28,185 nucleotides of DNA, from the NCBI GenBank assembly GCA_003971905.1, contig RSEE01000106.1, positions 186,001-214,185 of the forward strand, in the 5' to 3' direction. This DNA is from Moniliella sp. 'wahieum' (lineage: Eukaryota). This document shows positions 11,334 through 21,976 of the stretch, in pieces; position 1 is the stretch's first letter; the number at the start of each line of letters is the position of its first letter. A model generated the notes under the pieces. That model did not search any database, was not told the DNA's origin, and saw only the letters and a list, made by a program, of their open reading frames with translations. A program made the position numbers and the translations under genes.

Positions 11334-11796
11334 TGTCACGACCGAGGGAGAGATCGCAGTGAGGCCAATGCTGATGGAATGCACTGGGTGACAGGGGCAG
11401 CCCTTACCCTGGCGGGATCAGACATACCTGATTACCCATAGTCATCAGGTTGACTGTGGTCCCTGATTTGTCCTAGACCCTGTTTTCCCCTTTGTCTATG
11501 CTCCCTTTCTTTCTCCGTGATCCAGCTCGCATGGTATCTTCTTCTACGAGGCATATATCCCTCTTCGTCCCCTGTCCACTCGATGAATACGATCCATTTT
11601 TGCTCCCATCTTCATCTCCTGGTAAGTTTGATCCCAGTTACCCTTCCTGGCTTTTGGCTGTACTTTGACTAACAACTCTCTGGGGGAGGCACCAGACGGG
11701 ACGCCTCGGCAGTACATTAACTAACTTAGCGTGAGCACAAGAGAGTCTCTCAGTGGGAAGTACCAGATAGCTCGGCAATACAGTGACTAACTAAGC
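11334..11796. mobile_element. Possible solo-LTR-like remnant or structured transcribed element
   Basis: Starts TGTCACGACCGAG; imperfect inverted partner CTCGGCAATACA at 11771..11782; internal TATA-like CATATAT and CT-rich tract; no clear target-site duplication. Confidence 0.3.
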
Positions 11797-13316
11797 GCCG
11801 CCTCGCCTGCTACCAGCACCGCCGCTTTTGAGTTGGTCATCTGGAAGCTCTCCGTCGTCTCGGCCATCTCCCCCCTTGCCTCGCCCACGTCCAAGCACGC
11901 CGTACAGCTTGTCACGCCGTCCCATTCCGACGCTCTGACGGCCCATGTGCACCCCCTTGGCGGCCTCTGCTGTCGTCGAGCTTGGCTTCCTCATCTCGAA
12001 CGTCGTCTTGGCCATGTGCAGCATGCCATGCTATCCCATCCCATTCCATCCCACATCCCACCTTTCCTCATTCTGGCCCGCTCTGCACCAACCACTTGCC
12101 CCTCACCACGTCGCTCTCCCTTATCATTACTCCCATCTCAACGCACGGCCATGCTCAAGCTCGAGTTGCTCCTATGCAAGTACGACGTGGTGCTCTGTCT
12201 CACTGTCGCGTCCACACGTTTGCGCTCGGCCGGTGGCAATTGTTGGTTCGACCTTGTGTCAGGCGTCTCCAACTTGTGCCGGGCATGTCCAAGCATGCGC
12301 CGCCATTTCCAAGCATATACTTGCCATGCGCTTGTGCCCATCACCATCAACCTTGCGCTCGTCATCCCCAAGCCTGCGCTCTCCATTTCCAAGCCTGCAC
12401 TCTCCATCCTCCACGTCAAGCATTTATAGGAACATACTAATGCATGTCATCTTTCAGCCTATCTCTCCGTCCACTCTAGTCTGTTGGGAACATGCACCAC
12501 CGAAGCATCTGAGTACCTGTCATGGATGTTGAAGCGCACAATGACAACAACGATCGTGGGTCTTTGAGGCGAACATAAGAACGACTGTCAGCGCAGCATG
12601 ACATGTATTTTGAGAGATGATCAACAGGCGGCCCTCAGCAAGTATCAACGGTGTTCAAACGAAACAACCGCATGACTATCGGATGGAACCAATGTGATGG
12701 TTAATGCAATTGTTGATGCTGTTTGAGGAGCACAAGTGCACATCGGTTCCCAGCTCAGGGACTGTGTCAAGGTATGGCACAGTATTCAGCACGTCTGCAC
12801 CAAGAAGTGTATGATATAGAGCAAGACGGCCAGAAAATATTGATGCACAACTACGAGAAGGGCCCATTCATGGGGAGGAACGTAACGAGAGAATACTTCA
12901 TCCCGACGGCGTCTCACGCGCACATATGGACTTGAGAGGATCAGCTGGAAGTCCCCCAACTGAGGGCCAAGGCGCTGAGCAAAGACTTGGCCCACAGAGG
13001 ATTGCAATGAACGGTTCCATGCAACACCTCTCTCGTATCCTTTTTGTTTGTGTCCCCTCCCCCACGTTACATACGATCTTCCCAACTTACAGTGATAGTT
13101 CCTTCTTCCAGACTAGTCCTTCTTCCACGTTCGGCCCTTCAAGCTTCAGCTTCATTGTCGATCATCATTCATTGATATCATTAATCAGGTCATCGAGTCA
13201 TTTCCAGTCGTGCGGCATTTTCACCGTGCAGAGAGGCAGCCAAGTCGTTGGGTGGGGGAGAGAAAGAACAGAGAACGGGACACGATACAAAAGACGGTTC
13301 GGAAAAAAAAGGTTCA

Positions 13317-14722
13317 TCAAAAAGTGGCCGACACGATCCAGAGCACACCAGTGGTGCCCTCTACTAGTGCCTTGCTCGGCGTGATTCTCAACCTGTTTGC
13401 GGCGATGGCATCTCCTCCATCACCTCCTGTGTCTCGGCCGATACCGAGGGGGGGGAGGGTACGCCCTGTGCACAGGGGAGGGTACAGATGATGGCACGGG
13501 CGGAAGAGGTGGTGGTGGTACCAACGTGGTTCGGTGCCTTCTTGTTATCCTAGGCGCTCGACCAGCGGCAAAATTAAATTCATATCTTCTGTACCACGCT
13601 GACCGCTGCGCCAGCAGTGGAAACGCGACCGAGTACGTGTACGTTTCTTCCACGCGGGCAGGGAATCTGGTGGGGTACGTTCGGCAGGAGAGGCAAATGG
13701 GCTGAGGGCGAGGGTGGTATGGTTTGCCCGACTACGGTTACGGTCTGGGTCAGACCGTAACAGCGCGGCGCTTTTCACCCGCCGTGGCGTACCGGGGATC
13801 GAACTTGCACCTACATTCTCCACGGCAGGAACGAGCAACGCAGAAGGGAGTGAATGTTGCGACCCAGAAGTATGGAGTGCGTGGGCGGGCGCGGCGCTCG
13901 AGGTGGGCGAGGCAGGCAGTGCATGAGCCTGTGCCAAGGGAGAAGTAGGAGGTGGCATGGGAGGTGGGATCTCGAGTGCTGCCACACGAGGCGAAGGGGG
14001 CAAGTTCCATGCCGGGAAACGGGGCGAAGGATGGCCCTTGGGTTGGCTGGGCAGAGAAAAGGGGGACGAAGCTGGGCTCGTGCTCCAGTGTGGTAAGGGC
14101 GGGGGAGGGGACTGTCAGAATGGACTGAGGCAGGCACGATGGATGCTGTGCTGCGCTTGAGAAGGCGACGGCTTAGTGCGTTCCCGCCCAGGCGTACACT
14201 GGGCTCACCATCGGAATGGTCGCTGGGCCTGGAGCTGGTGTGGGGATGGACACGGTGTGGGCCACTGCGCGTGGGTGGGATGAGGGGATCTTGTTCATCG
14301 GGGGCAGCGCGGGGGGCAGCCGGGGGCTCGTGGGCGGCGAGGCTGGGGCGAGTGGGGATGGGGATGCGGGGCGAAGGCGATGAGAGCGAGAGCGAGGGCG
14401 AGGGCGAGGGCGAGAGCGACTGAAAGGGTGCGGGTGCTGGTGCTGGTGCTGGTGCTGTTGGTGTAGGTGCCGGTGCCGGTGCAGGTGCGGGCAGAGGGGG
14501 AGGGGAAGGGGCGGTGGAGTCGTCGGCGGTCAGGGGTGGGTGGGCGCTGGCCAGGTGGAAGGCAGAGTGGAGGGAGGTGGCGCTCTTGGCCTTGGCCAGG
14601 AGGCGGCCGAAGCGGGAGCGGGCCGGGCGGGAGCTGGACATGGATGGCCGGGTAGGCAGCTGTCTGTTCCACGGCTCGGATGGCGTGGCGTGGCCATTGG
14701 GGCCGGCGACGGTGGTGGACAT
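13317..14722 (-). CDS. Hypothetical Pro/Ser-rich, probably disordered protein; frameshifted; boundaries approximate
   Basis: Long minus-strand ORFs 13811..15232 and 13545..14003 in successive frames, with the same GC-rich codon style and PA/SP repeats as the neighbouring genes; no recognisable domain. Confidence 0.5.
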
Positions 14723-15355
14723 GCTGGGAGGGAGAAGGGGCGGGGGGTTGGACAACGGGGAGAGCAGCAGATGAAGGGGCAGCGACATAGATAAACGAAG
14801 CGCTGCGGCAGTACCACCTGCTGCTGCTGCTGCTGAGGACTGGGCACTGGGCACTGTGTTGCTGCCGACGAGCGGATGCGGATCCGGCTGAGGTGGCGGG
14901 CAGGGGCGCGGAGGGGCGGGTGGGAGGGGCAGATGGATGAGACGGATGACCACGTACTGCGCTCTGAGACCCCGACTCAGACGACGGTGGACTGAAGCGG
15001 AGTGCTCTAGTGCTGTGCTGCCCTGCCGATCCCAGGACCCTGGTCCGCAGGGCGTGGCGGTGTGCCGCCCTCTGCCCCGCCGCTGCGCCGATATAGCAGT
15101 CCCACACAGAGCAGCACGCACAAGAGCACTCTGCCTAAGGTGAGTGCGACGAGCGGTGACGATCATCGTTTCCTCCACCGGAGCAGGCCACTGATACTGA
15201 CTAGTGGTTGGCCACCCACCACTGCCTGCCACTGCCAGTGAAGCGAGCAGCTAGTAAGTACAAGTACAAAGTGCAGACAAGTGCGGGGTTTTTGCTTCTT
15301 CCCCTCGCAAATCAGACCACCTTTGGCCCTTGTCCGCGCGAACGCGCGTCCGCGA

Positions 15356-17600
15356 CTCACCTCACCGGCTCACCGGTCACCGGCGTTCAACGTCAACTGA
15401 ACGTTCAACGTTCGCTGTACGTGAACGTGTTTTCGTGTTCAAGCTGAACACTGCCACACAACGCACAACGCCTTCGGCTTCTTTGTTCCCATCATTAACG
15501 TCATTAACGTCATTGATCATCCTCAGGAGACTGAGCGTAGCGCAACTGATCCCGAGCGCTCAGCTGAGCCCAGCGTTCAGCTAGCCCCATAGGTCAGGCC
15601 TGTCGCCGGTCAGGCCGGTCAGGCCTCAGGCCTTCTTGAAGCTTGAAGCTTGCGCTTGAGCGCTGCCCTTGTCTTGTCTGTGGTGCTAGCGCCCTAAGGC
15701 CTAAGACCTAAGGCCTAAGCAGCCGTGTGCCGCGCGGAAGCATGTAACATGTAACAACGCCGACCAAACAACCTCCGACATCCGATGTGGCTCTCGAAAG
15801 CTTCAAGCTTCGAGCTTTAAGCTTTAAACAGCAACTCGTGCAACTATCCTACCAGTACTTGAGAGCGCTCCGCAACAGCCGCACACTGCCGCTCCTCGTA
15901 CATATACCGTACCGATATACTCTTCCCCAACAGCGTCACGTCGCGCGTCACGCGTCACACCTCCCGCGTCAAACTTCAAGTGCGGGGAAAACTGAGCAGA
16001 GAGTCGAGGGGGACTTTATTCGATAAGCAATTATCGATTAGAGCTTAGGGCTTAGGCTCTAGGTCTTAGGGTGCTAAGTATAAGACCTGTTAGACCTTTT
16101 TAGGCCGTAGCGCGTAGCCTGCAAATGCTTCCCTCCGTCGATCGCGCGTGGCCACCTGGTACTTATGATGCACAACAACAATGACTAATGATTAAATGAT
16201 GCTTGAAGCAAAACGTTGAGACGCAAAAGGATGGTCAACAGCATTCTTATTTCCCTGTCCAACTTCTGGGAATGCTACTGTACACAGACTAGACAGACTA
16301 GAGATGCCAGAGAGGACAAAGAAATGTGTGTTTTTTTAGCCACTTGTTCATGATCGAATGACCATGCATCATGCATTGGCATGCACAGCATGCAACACAT
16401 GCTCCTTATCTCGGCTGAGATCTGAGATCTGAGAGTCCGACTTTTCTGACCACCGTTCACCCCCTCCGCTGTGTAGGGCACTTATACTTACGCCAGCTGT
16501 GGCCACGCGAACTTGAAGCTTGGCTATAGCCACAATGAATATGGCGTGAATAGCTTTTGAAGATGGTGAACATAAAACTAGTACGCTTTCTGACATTAAT
16601 AACGCGTTGCACGTTACATTTATGCCCTTGCCTCTTCAATGATCTCATTAATTTGTCGACACGTTTGGCGTTCAACTGAACGTTCAGTCACAACGTACAA
16701 CCGCCCCCCGGCGGCAGACATGTACTGGCATTAAATAGTACTAGTATATTCAAGTGCGCTTTCGATATTTTGTTCTGTTGTGAGAACGTGAGATGATGAA
16801 TGCTGAACGTACATCTGTTGTGTGTTGTTGAACGCACAGTAGAATCTGATTGAGATTGAGAAAGTACGCTGAAAACACTGAGACGTTGGTACGTTCTGAG
16901 ATGCTGAAAGTGCTCCTGAGAGACCGAAGCGCTTACAGGTCGCCGCGACCTGGTTCGAGCTCACGTGCTCAAGAACCCACTGCGGTTACGTCTGTTACGT
17001 CCTCTGAAATCCGTTTTGCGGACAGGCGTTTCGTGTCCTCCTTGCCACGCATCGCGTTGTAAAGGCGACTAGGAATATGAAGAGTGAAATTGAGAACACA
17101 TGATGCATGAGCTGGATACGATAAGGATTCCTCGACACAGTGGCCCCACCTTAGGACTAAGCCTTAGGCCTTAGTGCCCAATGCAGCTTGCCGGACCCCG
17201 ACGGCCGTGTGAAGCTTTTTCAGTCTTCAGTCCCATGCAATAAGGCTCCTTCCTCTGCCTACTCTAGCAAGACAGGAAAGACTGTCGCATGTTGCATGAT
17301 GCATGATGCATGACATGTGGACATGTCCATGTCAACGTTGTGAATCGGCAGCGCATTAGCAACTAAGCTGTACGCTGTAAGCTTTAAGCTTACAGTGGCG
17401 CCAAGTCTTACCCGCTTAGGGCCGGCGGCCTACGGCCTACGCGCTAGCATCGCCATTCCGATCATTTGATCGAAACCGAGGATCGGCGGTTGTTTCAGTT
17501 GCGCCTTTTCTATGGACACTCCGGTTAGCCGGGTAGCCGTAGGATGCAATCTTGAAGCTTTTGATGCATGATCGAGCTCTTAGCTACAAATATTCCCTTG
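15356..17600. repeat. Non-coding tract of short palindromes and tandem micro-duplications
   Basis: Examples: GGTCAGGCC x3, CTAAGGCCTAAG x2, CATGTAACATGTAAC, AAGCTTCAAGCTTCGAGCTTTAAGCTTT, CTGAGATCTGAGATCTGAGA, GCATGATGCATGATGCATGACATGTGGACATGTCC, CTGTAAGCTT-T-AAGCTTACAG. Confidence 0.8.
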
Positions 17601-18767
17601 CTGCCATTCGTCTCCATCGTTTCCTTTTCCTATAGCCATGTCTCCTTAGACATTAGACCTGAGCGTCAGACCTCCGGCTGAGGCCTCACCTCCGCCATCA
17701 CCTCTACCATCGCTTCTGTCGGCCTTTAAGTTTTAAGACTAAAAGATCGAACCCGTCTTCTTACACCACAAGTGCGCTTCGATATAACGATCGCCTTTTG
17801 TGAGCCTTACCGTCGGAATCAACGAGGGGGTGGAGGTGGTGTGGCAGGTTGCAGGCTGGGTCCAGCGGTCGCGCTTGTTCACCATCATGACCATAGTGTC
17901 GTTGACAAGGGAGATCAGTATTAACCTTAGCGCCCATGGTTGTTGATGTAGTTTTGGCCAGCTCAGGGATGAGCAGATATGAATGAGGTAAGTCTGTCGG
18001 GCTCGCTTGATTGTGAGCACTGAACTCCGTATTGGGGCCGAAGGAGCATATGCGACTGAATTGTCCAGTACACTGGTGCGGACTTGGAAGGAAGGAAAAA
18101 ACTAACGCGACTGAGGGCCCCACGGTTCTAGCACGGATGCCACAGCAACCTCTCTACTAACAAACCCATTGTGTCCATCAAATATGAGAGAGGAACAGCA
18201 AAAGCCATGGCTACCACCTTGCACCTCCCGATGTACCTCCGCAGTCCCTTTTGGCGCTCCCGTCTCATCCTGTCTCCCTGGATACGACCTGCACCACAGC
18301 CGTTGAACAAAAGATATATATACGGGTCAGTTGTTGGTTGCTCTTGTTTCTCTACGAGCCTATGGAGGAATACGATGCATATACCGCTTACTGTGAGTCT
18401 ACTACTTACTGCGTAAGGCATTTCCTTATTGAGCCTGTCAATCTGTAAATATAGAACACCTTGTGTCGTCAGAACCACTGACCCCGCGCGGCGTCACTTT
18501 CCAGTGGCCATCTCTCTCCCAATGAAATGGGAAGTGGGAGAGGTCCTTTTTGGATCACCAAGGCTACAGTTTGCTTTAAATTATTATATTCTACTCGCAT
18601 CTTAGACCCATGGCAGAGAAAAGAGAACGAGGCAGGTACTAAAATGGGGTCGTCAAATCCAATCAACAAACCACCCCGTCCACTTGCCGAGACGAAGATA
18701 TGTGTGTGTGGTATCCCACAAAAGCACATTGTGTGCATATAATATTAAGTTACTGTATGCGCCGTTA

Positions 18768-20875
18768 CTACGCGTTGCTGCTCCGGGCCTTGTTCCAAAG
18801 GGACTTGTACCACTTGGTCTTAAGGATATACTCCTCGTCCGGATCCGCCTCTCCGGAACCATAAATAATGATGCTCCCGAGACCCAACAGGGCACTGATC
18901 AAGCACCCAATAAACGCGCCCGTCGCCTTACCCGTCCAGCCTACCGGGAACATTTCGGGTTGTTTAGGCAACGTGCCAAAGTTGGTGAGCGAGTACAGTC
19001 CGCCCGCATTCCCTTCGCTCGGCAAGTTCATCGCAGCACAGTGCTCCTTCATCCCGTCGGGCAAGTGGATTTCACTTTGGATTCGTTCGGGGGCAGCGAC
19101 CAGCAACGCAGCCAACCCGCTCTGCATGGTACGTCAACAAACAAACAAGTTAGGCCAAACCGATACACTTTGCGCATCACGTCGAGGGAAAATCCAACAG
19201 TCGGGGGAAAAAGCGGTATAGTAGAGACACAACGTACCTGAAGATGCCATTGAATGTGACAGTGCAAAAACCAGACCCCCGGAGCATCAATAAACACACG
19301 CAACACCACCTGCCCCCCCGCCGGGACGGATACTGTGTCTCTCCGAATCGGGTTCGGCTGGGACTCATTGACAGGCGGGGCATTGGTGTAGTCTAGTACT
19401 TTTTGCACAACCTGGAACAGGAACCCGTGCAGATGGAACGGGTGTTCGCCCGTGTCCATGTTTTGAATCGTAATCTCCACTGTGGTGAGCCAGTCGCCTA
19501 GGAACGCATTGCCGCCTGCCGGGCCATACACGTCCATATTCCGCGCATCGGCCCCCATGGTCATCGCGGTGAACAAGGAGGGGTCTGAGGGGAAATAAAC
19601 GTAGTTTGGTTCTCCATGACGGTCGCATAATTCTTGTTGCTGCGGAAGGTGTTGAAGTTAAAGGGAACGAGCGCCTTGGAATCGGGGGAAAGAATGGGCT
19701 TGACCTCGACCGGACGTAGGTCCATCTCGTTGAAAAAGGGAAAGTCGGACTTTTGCGTGGTGGGGCCAAGTTCTTGCGGTTCCGCAGCGTACCCAATTCG
19801 AATGTACTCCCACAACCGCAACGCGGGCGGAATCACATCGTACATGGCTGTGTTTTGGTACGAGTTGAGCCGCCAGTCGTGGGACGTATCGTTGCGCGCG
19901 GTGACGAGACGCTGACCCGTTGGGCTGTGGCAAGAGGCACAACGTCCGTCGGATAGGGCTCGGTCTCCACCCCATCGAGCTCAATGATGCTCATATTGTG
20001 CCCGTCGATCCAGAGGTTGGCCATGGCAAAGACACCCTCATTGGTAAACCGCAGACGGTAGGTCTTGCCCGGTTCAAATGGGATGGTCACATTCTCGTTA
20101 AACCCAGGTAGGTACGGAGGATTGACCGGTCCGTCTTGCCGCGTGCGAGCGGCGTACACTATTCCCGATGCGAAAGTCAGTGTCAGCTCCGACCCACTAC
20201 CGTATCCAGTTCAAAACGTAAGGCGCCCCGCGCCTCCTCCCATACGAAAGGTCAAAGAAAAGAAACGTACTCAAGCACCGGTCTGGCTCCGGCTCGGCTC
20301 CCGTCGGGTTCTTCTTGTTCAAAAACTCATTGTGGAGCAGATCGGCATTGTAGCGCGTGTACCAGTCGCTAAAGATAATGGTGTAATCGTCATCGTACTG
20401 GTGGGCGCTGCCCTCGGCGGGATGGATGATAAGCGGGGCACGCATGCCATCGGTGTAGGCACCTTCGGTATGCGAATGCATCCAGTACGTTCCCACATTT
20501 TGAGTCGAGTTGGGCGCGGCCCTCGGAATTGAGCACTTCGTACGTCAAATTGCCCCCGTGCGGGATGGGACATTGGGTGACCGGGGTGGTACCGTCGTAG
20601 TAGGCTGTGTTGTTAAAAAAGATCCCATGGCTGTGCAACGAACCACCTTGACCGAGGTTGTTGTACATGGTCATGTGGAGTCGGTCGGTAGAATTGACAT
20701 TGACCACAGGCGGAGGCCAGGTATTGTTGTACCCGACCGCCGAACGGGGCTTGCCGAGCGCCGCGGGGTCCTGGTTCGGGACCCAGTCCATGCTCCAGTA
20801 CTGGTCGACGAACGCGCCGGATGCACCGGACACAGCGACGAGCGCCGCGGCGGTGCTCAGGAGAAGGCGGTCCAT
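18768..20875 (-). CDS. FET3: Multicopper ferroxidase Fet3 (Ustilago Fer1-like); introns 20159..20270 and 19122..19237; frameshifted
   Basis: Signal peptide; copper motifs SLHSHG, TYWMHSH, HPFHLHG and HCHIQWHLQ|SGL (Leu at the axial position as in yeast Fet3); ferroxidase acidic sites in NPTGAEP, MYDVIP and NMDTGEHP; C-terminal TM helix GAFIGCLISALLGLGSIIIYG; head-to-head with FTR1. Confidence 0.93.
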
Positions 20876-21967
20876 TCTGCGAACAAAACGTACCGGGAGG
20901 GGGAAGGGTGAAGGGGTGAGAGCAGGTGAGGGAGAGGAGAAGAAAAGACAGATCCTTGCGAGGAGACGTAGAGTTATACTTTTACTGGCCTGCAGACAAA
21001 ATACTGACAGCTGCTGTCGTCGTCGCACCTTAACTTAATTCATGAATCATTGATCAGCGTGCATCCGAACAAGATCAACGCACCTGGGCACAAATCCCGT
21101 GCCTGGTTCAGGTTCAGGCACCGGAGCCTGTCACATGTCGTGTGCATGGCCCCGGAGTAGTGAGTACTCAACTGAGTACGATGCAAAGAGTTGCGATCAT
21201 TTGGCGGTAGAACAAGTGTCAAATGATTCGACTGTCGGGCGGCTGGTGTGGACCGGGGTTCCCGCGGTCCCACTATGGGTTATGGACAAAGCAACGATCG
21301 GATCAAGAAAGCGGTCCATATTCTGACACTTACCCATCTGTCGTTTTCTTGAGGCTGGGGAGAACACCCGTGCGGTAGTATGGCATGGGGGCCTCTGCGC
21401 TGTTCTTCTTTGTCGCCCTTGGGCCTTGCCACATGTGACCGTATTGGATCAAACACACCCCAGGAACAGCGCAATTGGGGATTCCCAGCGCTCTTCCTCT
21501 TCCGCGACTTTCCGTGTCTTCCCCGCACCCTCCGTTGTGGTTGCATAACATGAACACCAGTAGCACCCGAGCGACCCTTGTTCACACCAAGGAACAGCGC
21601 CTGAAAACAAAATACCGCCGCTGCGCTTGTGCACAAGTGCACTTGGTGCACTCACAAACCGCTTTTCGGACGCTCGAAAAGAGGCTCTGGGACCGTCTCG
21701 TCTCCTCTCTTTCTCTTGGGGCGCTTCGCATTCGCAATCGAGTGCGTTAATCGGAGGCACATCGATCATCGACCATAGCACATCGAGATCTGATGGCGCA
21801 TCCGAATGGGGCAGCACGGGTGCCAGCGGAAGGAGAGTGGCGCGGTGCTGGTCGAGAACAGCACTTGACGAGCAGCAAACGAAGCCAATCACAGAGACCA
21901 GCTGCCATGGGCTCGCGGTGGGCGAGTGCGAGTGATGATCGATGAAGGATCGATGAAGCGATAGCAG

Positions 21968-21976
21968 ATCTGATAA
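21968..21976 (+). promoter_or_regulatory. Iron-responsive GATA repressor site ATCTGATAA (SreA/Fep1/Urbs1 type)
   Basis: Exact match to the ATCWGATAA consensus near the middle of the FET3-FTR1 divergent promoter, with another GATA core (GATAG) just upstream. Confidence 0.65.

Noticed and set aside
11400..11630. U1 snRNA or telomerase RNA
   Set aside because: No ATACTTACCTG 5' end; CCCTTACCCT does not match a TTAGGG template, and the Sm-like site is not adjacent to the splice donor.
16039..16075. TTAGGG-like repeats (TTAGAGCTTAGGGCTTAGGCTCTAGGTCTTAGGG) as an interstitial telomere
   Set aside because: Irregular period; better explained as part of the micro-duplication tract.
15356..17600. CRISPR array
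   Set aside because: No constant repeat with regular unique spacers; eukaryotic context; no cas genes.
18128..18742. Short ORFs downstream of FET3
   Set aside because: No recognisable motifs, AT-richer than genuine genes; likely 3' UTR or intergenic.
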